Assembly (NCBI GenBank): GCA_964347025.1 | Contig: CAYFWU010000003.1 | Coordinates: 8,834-71,851 of the forward strand | Length of the DNA stretch: 63,018 bases | Direction of reading: 5' to 3' | Origin: an uncultured archaeon | GTDB lineage: Archaea > Aenigmatarchaeota > Aenigmatarchaeia > QMZP01 > QMZT01 | Part shown: positions 1 through 11,100 of the stretch, one piece after another | Layout of the letters: each line of letters begins with the position of its first letter | How positions within the stretch are numbered: position 1 is the first letter of the stretch | Made by a program: the position numbers and the translations under genes | Notes under the pieces: model-generated | The model's database searches: none | Told to the model about the DNA's origin: nothing | What the model saw: only the letters and a program-made list of their open reading frames with translations

Positions 1-619
1 TCTCCATCCCTTTCTCTTTCCTCTCACTAAGCCTATCAACATCCTCCCTGAGGGAATCAACGCTCTGCTTAAAGTCGTCCCTTATCCCCACGATAGAACT
101 ATTGAAGCCATCCTTCATCTCATTCATGGTTTTTTCTATTTCACTGATTCTGTCATCAGCCTCCTTAGAATCAACCTTCACACCCTCAAGTTTTAGGGTG
201 GCGTCCCCAATCCTTCCGGTTTGTTTTGACAGATCTTTCAAGGTGCTGTCAAATTCCGCCTGTTTCTTCTCGAGGTTAAAGAGACCGGTCTTCAAGGAAT
301 TAAGAACATCCTCAAAACCCCCAACCTTTTCAAGACCATCGTTCACAGATTTTTCGTAATCAGAAATTTTCTTATAGACTGAATCGAACTTTTCCAGCTT
401 CCTCTTCACGGGTTTTACCTGCGTTTCCACAAACTCGAGTACCCTCTTGCCCGCATTGGAATAGGCCTCTGAGACTTCCTTAATTTTTTCTGTCAGATAC
501 CTGTTCTTTTCCATCAGGAATGCTCTATCGCCTTTAAGTTTTCTTATACTACCTTTCCTTGCCTCATTCTCTTCCTTGAGCTTCTTTAATCTGTCTCCCA
601 GTTCTTTTAACTCTTTCAT
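1..619 (-). CDS. Coiled-coil protein, N-terminal part only (the gene runs off the left edge); paralog-like to the upstream 852-aa coiled-coil protein
   Basis: ATG at 619-617 directly abuts the TAA (622-620) of the upstream gene. My manual minus-strand translation (MKELKELGDRLKKLKEENEARKGSIRKL...LEFVETQVKPVKRKLEKF...DRLSERKEKGME) stays open to position 1. K/E/L-rich. Absent from the ORF track because no stop lies in the window. Confidence 0.6.
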   Translation of the reverse strand, partial: MKELKELGDRLKKLKEENEARKGSIRKLKGDRAFLMEKNRYLTEKIKEVSEAYSNAGKRVLEFVETQVKPVKRKLEKFDSVYKKISDYEKSVNDGLEKVGGFEDVLNSLKTGLFNLEKKQAEFDSTLKDLSKQTGRIGDATLKLEGVKVDSKEADDRISEIEKTMNEMKDGFNSSIVGIRDDFKQSVDSLREDVDRLSERKEKGME

Positions 620-3166
620 TTAACCTCTCAACTCGGCAAGAAGGGAATTTATCCTTTCCTTCTGCTTCCTTGACGTTTCTTCAAGCTTCTTCCTGTCCAT
701 CAAACTCTGTTCAACAACGTTCTCGAATTGAGCACGTGTATTTACGAGTTCCTTCTCAAGCCTCGAAATTCTCTTTTCCATCTTCTCCTGGAAGCTCCCG
801 ATCGTTTTTAGCTCCTTCCATTTCTCATCAAAGCCCTCGATGGATTTCTTGGCGGATGAAATTCTTTCCCCGAGGGTTTTAACCCTCTCACTCGTTCTTT
901 CAAACCTGTCCACAAATGATTTTCTGGAACTTTCCAGATATTCAATCCCTTTCTGCATTTGTGAAATATTTTCAATATAGGATTCTAGATCGCTAAGCCT
1001 CTTTGACATCTCCTTCTCATTTATTTTCGTTTCCTTCAGATCATCCTTCAACTTCCCTTCTTTTTCTTTAAGCCCTTGAAGAGAATCGGCAAATTCACCC
1101 AGATTGTTTTTAAAGAGATCCAGACTCGGTTTGACAACGTTCTCGAACTGTGAGATCTCACTCCTCAGTTCTTCCATACCCTCTTCGAAAAGGTTCCTGT
1201 TATCTTCTATCTCTTTCTCTATGGCAGCAGAGCCGTCACTGAGTTTGCTAATTTCAACGGAGAAATCATTCAGGACTTTCTCAATACTATCAACCCTTCC
1301 AAGAACCCTTTTCTGTTCTGATAATCTCTCGTTCAGGGTTTTCAGCTTGTTGTCAAGTTCGCTGATCCTCTTGTCCAACAAATCCTTCAGATCGTCAATC
1401 TCCTTGGTTTTTCCGTCCAAGATTTCTATGTTTTCCTCTAGCCTTTCAAGGGAACCCAAGGTTTTGAACAAATCCTTGTTCTCAAGTTTGATTTCCTTTA
1501 TCTTATCACTGAGGTTGGACTGGAATTCGTTCAATTTATCAAGCCTGCCGTTAAAACTCTCCAGATCTCCCTTGAACATCTCCATAGTCGGGTTAACAAC
1601 ATCAGCGAACTGGGAAAGTTCGCTTCCAAAACCCTCTATTTTTTCATCAACCATTTCCATTGTTTTCGAAAGCTTACCCTCGATCTCAGACAGCGCTGGC
1701 CTTGAGATGTCCGTGAATTTCTTCTCTATGCTCTTCTCAACATTCAAATTAAGTTTTTCCTGGAAATTCTTGATCCTGCCAAGATTCTTTTCAAACTTAC
1801 CCATTTGCTCTTTTATCATTTCTATGGCCGGGTTTATCGTGTTCTCAAACTGATAGAACCTTGAGGCAATAATATCCATCTCATCTTTAAATGAAGTGAG
1901 CTCCTTGGAAGTTTTGTCTTTTACCTCAGAAAGTTTTGTTTCAGCCATGTCTCTAAACAATCTGTTTACAAGCTCTTCAATAAATTCAGAATAATCCTTC
2001 TTGAATATCTTTATCTTATCCGAAATTTCCTCTGACTTTTCCTTCAGCTTCATTTCCAGGCCAGCTATTTTCTCCGAAAGCTTGCCTTCCCTTTCCTTGA
2101 TATCCACCCTTGTCTTATCTATCTCAGACTGCAGGCCTCCTATGTAGTCGCCAAATTTGTAAAGGGTCTTCAGTTCTCCCTTGAAGTAGCTCATCTCATT
2201 GTAAACCCTCTTTATCCTTCCGTTCAATTTAGCTGCGCCATCCTTAAGGCTCTTTATATCGCCCGTAAAAGGCGATATTTCCTTTGACAGGGCCTTGTTT
2301 ATTTCCTGGGGTATAACTTGGTTTGAAAGTTCCTCAGTGGAAAACACCAGTTTTTTCAGTTTTTCGATATTCTCCGGACCCAGCTTTTCTACCAGAGCCT
2401 GGACCCTTTCCTCGAGTGAAGGAAGCTTCTCAAGACGTTTCATTTGTTCCTTGATCCTTGCGAATCTACTCTCATTCTCGTCCCTCATCTCGGTAAATGT
2501 CCTTTCCAGCTCCTTGAAAGACCTTTTAACATCCTCCAAATTACTCTGTAATTCAACATTGCCTCCTAGGGCAGCGAGACCCTTGGAAACGTCTTCCCCA
2601 CCTTTGCCGGCAGGTACTTCTGGCGCTGTAAGCTTATCAGATAATTTCTTTATTGTGTCCTCAAGGGCCGATATCTTGCTCGTGGTTTCGCTCTGTATCT
2701 TATCAACCAATTTTTTAACCTTTCCGCTCTCAGGTTTCTCGGTTTTACCGGCACTCTCGATCTTAGTTCCGATAGCCACCATGCTATCCTTTAGTTCCTT
2801 CAGCTGAGTCTGGAACTGATCCGTTAGCTTTTTTTCCAGATCTTTCAGCTTGGGTTCCACAGGCTCTGCCGGGGGAGTGGCCGGGGAGTCTTTCGTCTCT
2901 TCGGCCTTAGAAGAAACCTTCTCTATTATTTCAGCCAGGCCCTTGCTCTTGTCTTCAAGTTCACTCCTTTCCTTTTCAAGTGATTTCGTTTTGCTCTTTT
3001 CAGCCTCGAGCTCTTTTTTCAGGCTTTCCACTTCCGATTCCTTGGCCGCCGGTTTCGCAACTTCGGGCTTCTTCTCTTCCGGTGGTTTCTTTTTGCCCAA
3101 TTCACCCATGCCGCCCAAGCCCTCGGCAACCTCTTTTTTCTTTTTAGGATCTTTCTCATCAACCAT
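620..3166 (-). CDS. Long K/E-rich coiled-coil protein (about 848 aa) with a recurring QFENVVxP-type motif
   Basis: 852-aa ORF 620-3178. The ORF-track start at 3178 is TTG; the first ATG (MVDEKDPKKKK) is at 3166, preceded by GGTGG. No TM segment. Motif copies: AQFENVVEQS (~700-735), SQFENVVKPSLDLFKNNLGEF (~1090-1160), SQFADVVNPTMEMFKGDLESF (~1565-1615), YQFENTINPAIEMIKEQMGKF (~1800-1858). Confidence 0.8.
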   Translation of the reverse strand: MVDEKDPKKKKEVAEGLGGMGELGKKKPPEEKKPEVAKPAAKESEVESLKKELEAEKSKTKSLEKERSELEDKSKGLAEIIEKVSSKAEETKDSPATPPAEPVEPKLKDLEKKLTDQFQTQLKELKDSMVAIGTKIESAGKTEKPESGKVKKLVDKIQSETTSKISALEDTIKKLSDKLTAPEVPAGKGGEDVSKGLAALGGNVELQSNLEDVKRSFKELERTFTEMRDENESRFARIKEQMKRLEKLPSLEERVQALVEKLGPENIEKLKKLVFSTEELSNQVIPQEINKALSKEISPFTGDIKSLKDGAAKLNGRIKRVYNEMSYFKGELKTLYKFGDYIGGLQSEIDKTRVDIKEREGKLSEKIAGLEMKLKEKSEEISDKIKIFKKDYSEFIEELVNRLFRDMAETKLSEVKDKTSKELTSFKDEMDIIASRFYQFENTINPAIEMIKEQMGKFEKNLGRIKNFQEKLNLNVEKSIEKKFTDISRPALSEIEGKLSKTMEMVDEKIEGFGSELSQFADVVNPTMEMFKGDLESFNGRLDKLNEFQSNLSDKIKEIKLENKDLFKTLGSLERLEENIEILDGKTKEIDDLKDLLDKRISELDNKLKTLNERLSEQKRVLGRVDSIEKVLNDFSVEISKLSDGSAAIEKEIEDNRNLFEEGMEELRSEISQFENVVKPSLDLFKNNLGEFADSLQGLKEKEGKLKDDLKETKINEKEMSKRLSDLESYIENISQMQKGIEYLESSRKSFVDRFERTSERVKTLGERISSAKKSIEGFDEKWKELKTIGSFQEKMEKRISRLEKELVNTRAQFENVVEQSLMDRKKLEETSRKQKERINSLLAELRG

Positions 3167-3199
3167 ACAACCACCCAACCTTCAAGACATTGATATTAT

Positions 3200-3469
3200 T
3201 TATTCGTTTGATAAAGCCTCAGCAAGCCTCTTTACGTTCCTTTCTTGCTCTTTCAGTTTATCCTCAAATTCTGAAATTTTGGAATCGATCTCATTTAACT
3301 TGGAGCTGAATTTAAACTCCCATTTCGAGTCGTCAACCTTTCCGATTTCTGGTACAAACATACTATTTGATTTTGTTTTCAGTTTATATTTAATTTTATA
3401 AATTTGATATAATAAAAAGCAAATTATAACAATCATCAAAAATATTACCAAAACCATTATCTCTAACAT
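3200..3469 (-). CDS. Small membrane-anchored coiled-coil protein (89 aa)
   Basis: ATG start. N-terminal hydrophobic helix (MLEIMVLVIFLMIVIICFLLYQIY) followed by a K/E-rich helical tail (SKISEFEDKLKEQERNVKRLAEAL). Sits 33 nt after MinD and 21 nt before the next gene on the same strand. Confidence 0.6.
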   Translation of the reverse strand: MLEIMVLVIFLMIVIICFLLYQIYKIKYKLKTKSNSMFVPEIGKVDDSKWEFKFSSKLNEIDSKISEFEDKLKEQERNVKRLAEALSNE

Positions 3470-3502
3470 AAGTATTATTTTGATTTTATTATTGAAATAT
3501 GT

Positions 3503-4279
3503 TTATTCTTTCGGTTTGATCCCGAACAATCTCAGGAAAGCCGAGAAAATGTTCGGAGGTGTGTATTCTTTACCTATCAACTTTGCGGCAAGCTTCTTCA
3601 TTTCGACGCTTGCAGGAGAATTTGGAGAGAATAAGTATACTGGAACCTTCAAGGCCAGGCTCTTCAGAACGTTCTTATCCATGGGTATCATGGATATCAC
3701 GGGAATTTCTGATATCTGCTCAACCTCCTTTTGACCTAGCTCATACTTTTCCTTTCCGACCATGTTCAAAACCACGCCCAACGGTTTTATTCCCATCTCG
3801 TTTACAACCTGGTGGCATTTCATTATATCCATGGTGGAGGGGACGAAGGGTGTGTTTATGAATATAACCTCATCGGCCGCCTGTAACGTTGCCATGGCCT
3901 CCCTTCCGAGACCAGGGGCGGAATCAAGAAGAACTATATCAGCCTTCCCAAACAGATTTTTTAGCGAATGCTTTAACTTTGCTATATCGGTTCCCTTCAA
4001 ATCACCAAGCGATAAAGAGGCGGGGATAACCCTCAGACCGCTTATGTGGTATTCGTACATGGCATCCTCTATTTTCGCTTCGTTTTTCAGGACCTGGTTG
4101 AGCGTAACAGGGCAGTAGTACATCCCCAGATACAAGGCAAGATGAGACGTCGTTATATTACAGTCGACTATTATGACTTCTTTCTTGAACTCTGATGCTA
4201 GGATGGTTCCCAGATTTGCAACTATGGTTGTCTTACCAACGCCACCTTTACCCGAAATCACCCCAATTATCCTTGTCAT
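3503..4279 (-). CDS. minD: MinD/ParA-family (SIMIBI) ATPase
   Basis: Deviant Walker A with signature lysine (GVISGKGGVGKTT), a Walker B-like hydrophobic strand ending in D (IVLLDSAPG), and overall MinD/ParA layout over 258 aa. Confidence 0.85.
   Translation of the reverse strand: MTRIIGVISGKGGVGKTTIVANLGTILASEFKKEVIIVDCNITTSHLALYLGMYYCPVTLNQVLKNEAKIEDAMYEYHISGLRVIPASLSLGDLKGTDIAKLKHSLKNLFGKADIVLLDSAPGLGREAMATLQAADEVIFINTPFVPSTMDIMKCHQVVNEMGIKPLGVVLNMVGKEKYELGQKEVEQISEIPVISMIPMDKNVLKSLALKVPVYLFSPNSPASVEMKKLAAKLIGKEYTPPNIFSAFLRLFGIKPKE
3506..3556 (-). other. C-terminal amphipathic helix resembling a MinD membrane-targeting sequence
   Basis: The last 17 aa, PNIFSAFLRLFGIKPKE, were verified by translating 3556-3506. 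They resemble the bacterial MinD C-terminal motif (..GFLKRLFGG). Confidence 0.5.
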
Positions 4280-4324
4280 TCGTTTTCACTCTTTATTTTT
4301 ATTAATTTGTAATTAAATACCTTC

Positions 4325-4987
4325 CTACCATTTTAGCGTACACAATATTTTCGACAGTTCATTCTCATTTTTTATGACCATGGGGAAATCTGTTATCTTT
4401 CCCAATTGTGAATCCAGCTGGTACATATAGTTCAAAACATCCCTTTCGCACGATAGCGAAATGATGGTTGAAATCATCCTTGAGACAATGTCAGCCTTGT
4501 ATTTCTTGAAAAATATTGTCATGTTGGAAAACAATATATACATGAAAACATCCGTGAATATGTTCGACCCGTATCTGCCGACGAAGTCCTTATCACCCCT
4601 GTAGAGCAGTTTCAGATTCTTTAGGGAAAAGAGAACAGGATGATACTTTTCCATGAATTTCTGGATGATACTCCACTTCGCAACCAGCAGTGAATTGGGA
4701 GTCCAGAATTCCTCCTGAAGCTCTCCTTTGTATCTACCCTTTACGTAACCAGGTATCCATCCGAAGAGGGGCTTCAGCCTTTTACCTTCTTTAATTATGT
4801 AATTTTCCTTTATCATTTGTCTGAAAAGGGGTTCACCGAGACCTGATTCTATGTGATAGAGATAGTTGGTTTTCACACCCCATTCCGTTTGTATTTTGAA
4901 AAGGGACGTCCCGTTCTTATCGCTTGCGGCATTTAACCAGATAAGCCAAAAGTTCTTGTAATCCGTTAGCTTCTTTTTCTTGACCAT
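4325..4987 (-). CDS. Hypothetical protein (220 aa), no family recognised
   Basis: ATG-initiated ORF, co-directional with the cluster, preceded by a 132-nt AT-rich spacer (4988-5119). The N-terminal part could be helix-turn-helix-like, but I cannot support that. Confidence 0.6.
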   Translation of the reverse strand: MVKKKKLTDYKNFWLIWLNAASDKNGTSLFKIQTEWGVKTNYLYHIESGLGEPLFRQMIKENYIIKEGKRLKPLFGWIPGYVKGRYKGELQEEFWTPNSLLVAKWSIIQKFMEKYHPVLFSLKNLKLLYRGDKDFVGRYGSNIFTDVFMYILFSNMTIFFKKYKADIVSRMISTIISLSCERDVLNYMYQLDSQLGKITDFPMVIKNENELSKILCTLKW

Positions 4988-5119
4988 ATTTCTACAATTA
5001 TACTATAATCACATCCGGTTTCAGGGCGTTTCCTCTTCAAGTGAACCTTAACTGTTTATTGATGTGACATTTTATTATTAGAATTTTTTATATAAATATA
5101 ATAGTATAAACATACAAAT

Positions 5120-8100
5120 TTATTTAACCTCTGCTACCCTCTTCTCCAGAGAAGCAAGTTTCTCTTCGTTTCTCTTCTTAAGGTTTTCATAGGCTTTCTC
5201 TGATATCAATCCGTCCTTGAACTCCCTCTCAAGAAGGTTTATAACCCTCTTAACACTTGCTATCTCCTTTGCTATATTTTCCCTCTCTTGTATCTTCTCC
5301 ACTGCCACTGTCGTTGGCTTCATTTTCGGTAGCTGTACCTTGAAAATGCTCTCCACACTTCCCTTTACCCTCTTCACAAAGAATAACAGTATGACTATAA
5401 CAGCAATCAAGATTATCAGAACGATTATCAGCCATATCGGTAGGAAGGTGACGAAGGGTTGTACAAATGTGGCTTTCGAAAGCAGATACTTCGCTCTTTC
5501 CAGAAGGTTCCACCCGACGTAAACCGCGCTGAGTGCGTCATCATACATCTTCTTGTTAAGATAATCCTTCGCTTCGCTTAACTTTTCTTTTATTTCATCT
5601 ATCAGCGGTTCAACTTCGCTAACGTCCTTCCCAACATCTTTCGCTTCCTTAACATCCAACTCGAAATCCCTCAATGCCTTCTCGAGTCTCTCTATCTCCC
5701 ACCTCACAAGATCTTCTCGAGAGGTGAAGACCACTATCTTGAACATCTTTTCATCGCTTGTTTTGTTGTTGTATGCGACTCCTTCCGCTACAAGCGTTCC
5801 GAAGTATTCCTTTGGTTCAGCGATGCTCGGCATGCTCAGCTTCATGTTGAAGGAGGTGGAATTGCCGGGAGAAAGATAATCAACAATTTTAGGTGTTATC
5901 TCGGTCCACGGCGTCGGGAGTCCGATAACTCTAAGCGTTACGTTTCTGAGTCCCAAACCACCAGTGTTTTCAACCTCAACAGTTATGTATTTCGTCGTTC
6001 CTGTTTCTATTCCGATTTCCTGTAGGTATTTAGTTATCTCTATTTTCGGGACTTTCTCCTCTGGCGGTGCAGGCGGCGGAGGTGGCGCTTCACCTGGGGG
6101 AACCGGAGGTTCTGGTGGGCCAACACCCCTCTCTGCAACCAGGAAGCTTGCATTGGCAGAGGCAGTAGGCTGGGCGGGATCGTAGGTAACCAAGGCATTC
6201 ACATAATATGTTCCGAGTGGTTGTGTAGGTGTTATGTAGAGGTTCTTTACCAATGTCCTGTTTGAAAGGGCAGGAACATTGACGAAATCATACTGATAAC
6301 TCCATGTCTGGTTTTGACCAGAAACCCAATATTCAACTTTAACATCCGTGTGCGAAACCTCTCCCCTGTTCTCTATATATATCTCAAAATCTATGTAATC
6401 ATTCTGATAAGCCTGACCTTCCAACAGGTTTATCGAAACGTCGTACGGACCTCCTGCAGATATTCTGAAGACCTCCATATCCCAGCCAGGTTTTCCGCCA
6501 AGCATAACCTCCAGGACAGCTACGTAGGTCCCTGTTTGTGTTGTATTCTCATCCAATATTTCTGTTAGATAATTATAGAAACCAGGGGAGGTCTCTGTGA
6601 AATCACTCTTATTCAACTGACCCCATGGACGAGTAACCAATTGAAGCCCGTAGATGGAACCCGTGTAGTATACTTTAAGATCTATCGAGTCCGGTTCGGA
6701 CGGGACCCCATTCGCCAGGACAGAAACACTCATGGGCATGGACTGTCCGATGAGCGAGGGATCTGGTATAGCGACCCTCGCTGTTATCTCGCTCTCTTCC
6801 TTAACCTCAAACTGATAGGTTGAGTTTTCGTATAACATCTTGCCCACACTGCTTTCATAATACGAGGAATTGGCTATTATGGTATAGTTACCCAAGACGG
6901 CATCATCAATGATCTCGAATTCAGGTGGTATCTCTATCCTGCCATTTGATAAAGTTGTATGAATAGTTGAAGGATCAGGAGGTATTATCAGATTCTGAAG
7001 AGGATCCCTTATTGAAAATGTTACATTCGTATCCCCTATCGGACTGCCCAAGAAATCCTCGACGCTGTAGTTGACCGCTCCCCTTTCTCCCTGATAGTAA
7101 ATGCCGCTCTGCCTGAATGTTCCCAGATTTATCATAAGTTTCTTATATATTGTAAAGTTCGAAGAGTTCGTCCCGTTCTTCCCCTGGATATCGAAGGATA
7201 TTATGCTAATGTTATAAACACCCTTGAGGGATGTATTCCCCCATAGTCCGTGATCTGCATCGTAGGGGAAATATATATCATACGTGTATAAATTGCCGGT
7301 CTGCCCGAATGGGTCCATCTGGGCTGAATAGTTCGTGCCATCGGGTCCTGTTATGTTTATGGAGGCGTTCTGAATGGGGTTCAGGGAACTTAGATCCGTT
7401 ACGTTCGCAAATATCCTCAAAGTCCCGTTCTGCTCTGTGGCATTTGGATATATCCCTATCTCCACAACAGGCTTGACGTAGGGATTAAGAACTATCTGGA
7501 GAATGACGAAGTCAGGAGACGAACCAGCTTGAGTGGCGTTTATGGTATAGTTGGTACGATGGAACTGTACGGGAGCGTTGGTTACATTGTAAAGAACCGC
7601 GAACCTATGGGATTCAAGCTTGTTTATCGTAAAGCTCGTTTCATTGGTCCATGTATAATTGACAGGACTTGATTGGGAAGAGTAAGGAGTTATGTTGAAA
7701 TCCAGTTGGACATTCCCTGTATTATCTATCGTGATGTTGTTGGGACAGACATGACCCAATTCTGGGCTCATGGGTCTTTCGCAGTAGGGCGGATCTGGCG
7801 TGATGGTCCATGTCCTGCTAGTGGGAACTCCTATCTCAATACTCAGATTTTTCCACCCGGCATTAAGAGTGGTGATGTTAAGGGTTCCGCTGTAAATCCC
7901 GGGATTGTAACCTGCAGGGATCGAAACATTGACTATAACTATCTGGACTTCACCAGCCGACATGTTCGTAATGTTAGGCGGATTGAACTGGAGAGGAACG
8001 AAGGTGAAATTGAAATCGCTCAACCCTATAACCTCAAGGGTCAGGTTCACTACCTTGTCGTTACCTGAAGAATTGAGGGTGAGATTATCGAAGTTTACAT

Positions 8101-11100
8101 TCGTTCCATGCGTGACATTGGCTGTCAGATTATCCTCTGGTATTTGAAGAATAATGTTTGATTCGACAGTTATATTAAGCAGTGTGTAGTTCACGCTTTT
8201 ACCCACCTCCGGATTTACCCATTCAACACTGACGTTCACGGAATAATTCCCCGGAAGCGTTCCATTTGAAACAGTTATCAAGAAATACCTTACACAGGAA
8301 TCCCCTGCCTGGACATTCCCACAAGATTCTAAGGAAGAATTAGAGGTTATGTTGCCGGGTAGGCCCAAAGTTATGTTAGAGCTGAATGCGACCCCGGTCT
8401 CTATGTTTGTCGCATTCACTAATATAGGGAAGCTCTGGCTTACGTACCACGTTATGTTTTCTGCTGTGTAGTTGGTGGGGTCGATAAAAATACTCATGTT
8501 GGTTCCCGCGACCGCCACCTCCAGGGTTATGTTTTTCCATCCATCGTTACCGCTGGTTATGTTCAGAGTCCCGTTGTAAGTACCAGGCAAGGTCTCATTG
8601 GAGACAGTCAGATTTATTTGTATCTCCTTCAGTTCGCCTGCCCCCATAAAAGAAACGTTGGGCGGTAGGAGTTCGAAAGTGAAGTTATTATCGAAACCTG
8701 AGACATTGAATGTGATGTTCTGTAGAGGAGCGTTACCGCTCGAATTTATCGTGAAGTTCCCTATGTTCTTCTCCTTTTCTTTCGCGACAATGCTGGATAT
8801 CTTGTTGTCGGTTATTGGAACTATATCAAGAATGGAGTTCGGAAGAACTGTTACGTTTACAGATGTCGTATTTATCTTATATGAATAGTCTGCGTTCCTC
8901 CATTCGACACTTACGTTGAATGTGTAGTTACCTGGAGGGGTTCCGTTCAAAACAATTATTGAGAAATATCTCTCGCACGATTTGCCTATAAGAATATCAC
9001 CGCAACTTTCTATCGTTGTGTTCGCTGTTATGTTTGGAGGCAGACCCAACGTTATGTTCGCGTAGTAGGCAGAACCGTTTTCCAGGTTTGTTGCATTCGC
9101 CGCTATGGGGAGACTTTGATTACGATACCACGTTATGTTATCATAGGTCAGGTTGTCGGGTATAGAAACTATGCTCAGATTTGTTGTATAGCCTTCGACG
9201 GTGAACTCCTCAAAATCAAAACCACTGTTGTTATTTCTTGTCGCGTTGCAGTTCAGCGTGTATGTCTTGTACTGGGATGGAGCGTTGAACTGGATGAAAT
9301 AGCTTCCGTTGTTGTAATCGGTTATGTTATCCTGACTAACCTCTGTTGAATCGTATGTGCAGTTTATGGTTGCATTAGGTACCCATACATCCTCCCTGTA
9401 ATTTTTTACCTCGAGCGTAACATTGACTATTCTGTCAGGGAACCCTGTTTTGTTTTTGATTGATGTTATGTTGATGAAGTATTCATCAGTAACGTTGAAT
9501 GCGAAAAAGCTCGTGTTCAGAAGATACCATGTATCGTTGTAAACCCATAGCGTGATGTTCCATAGGCCAACTGAAGCGTTATCAAGGAGATAGTAGCTGT
9601 TGTTGAAAAGTTTATCCCCATCTTCATCGTAAAGGGTCATGTTTATATCATCGCTAGCGCCCGCAGTCCCCATGTCCAGGGTCGCATTAATTCTTTTCGA
9701 AAGGTTATAGTAATCGATGGTCACATTGGCCTTTATAATAAAAGTTTCGTTCCTGTTGAATACGGTCACGTTAACGTCCGAGATGTTATGCGCTTTAACT
9801 TCGGTAACGACCTGCCAGGCTTCCAGGACATCTTTCGTCAGAATAACGTTGCTGAGAAGCCCGTATTTTAGATTCATTATCTGATTCTCATCTGCAGCAG
9901 TCCCGTTAAACTGCATGTAAGAAACCTGTCTTATGCTTCCATTCGCTGTTATGTTTGTTGCATTCAATGTTATACCTATCCTTCCGGATTTGTCAACATC
10001 GTTATAGGCAAAAAAGTTCGATGTTCCGCTTTCGTTTATGTTTATTATCCCTGCTGACCAAGATCCCTGCTCTTCACCGGCCCATGCCCATGACCCCGGA
10101 TCCGTTGTATTCGACATGTTAGGATACGTATAAGGCGGGTCGTTGAACGTATCGTTGAAGGTTGTGTTCACATTTACTCCGGGAGCGGATGAGTATGCCG
10201 ACTCTCGGGTTATGTTATAGGTTTCGTTGTTCTCATATATCTGCTCTATCTTAACAAAAAAACTGTTTGAATAGAATACGTATCTCTTAGTCATGAACCC
10301 TTCGTTGGTTTTGTTGTCGGGCAGACCCCATAAGGTTTCTTTGCCCTGCTGTTCGACAACTATCCTTACGGGACCAATGTGCTTGAAGGTGGCATTGTCC
10401 CTGAAATCGAATCCGAAGTTCTGCGTTCCGTTAGAATAGTTCAGATATTCTGCTGTCCTTCCCTGCGAATCCTCCTTGAGAATCTCGTTTGTCGTCCCCA
10501 GATCAATTACATGATAGATGCCCGATGTATTCTCAGCTCGTTCGGTGTCAACAAACCATGCCATTATTGAGTTGTTTACATTGAACTCATCTATGCTGCC
10601 TGCATAGCTGTATACAAGATCACTAGTGTAGTTTGGTTTTTCCTTGTTTCCATTTTCAGTTATATCGAAGTAAACGTAATAATATCTCATGGTGTTTTTG
10701 GGATTTGTCCCGTTCAGCAAGAATGAAACAACACCGACAGCGTTAGAGGTTGCATTGTAATCATCGTATTTATCGAACTGACTCTTCACCTCCCAGAGTA
10801 CGGAACCTGTTGAATTGTATTCAATAACACGGGTGGAATTCTCATCAAAGGTTCCTGTGATGTTCATTTCACTCAGAATCTCTGTAAAGTTCACTTCATA
10901 CTCAACGGGCCAGTCTATTCGGTCTGTCTTGTTGTTGGGGCTGTAAAATTCACTGGTGTTCAAATCAATCCTGACCCTATAACGCCAGACTTCACTCCAC
11001 CATTCATCATCATAGTTCTGTGATGAGGTGTTCAAAACCCCAAGGCCTAAAGCAAACAGAACTATACAAGCCAAAATGAAAATTTTGTAACGAATTTTAT

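Noticed and set aside
102-3401. Plus-strand ORFs 102-359, 670-882, 1104-1853, 2295-2807 and 2850-3401.
   Set aside because: Their S/F/L-rich translations are the antisense of K/E/L-rich coiled-coil genes. There are no start context, promoter or motifs.
4988-5119. A specific TATA box for the 220-aa gene (TTATAGTATAA on the minus strand, ~4997-5008).
   Set aside because: Its centre is only ~17 nt from the ATG at 4987, too close for the usual ~26-nt TATA-TSS spacing. The spacer is AT-rich and probably holds a promoter and/or terminator, but I cannot place them.
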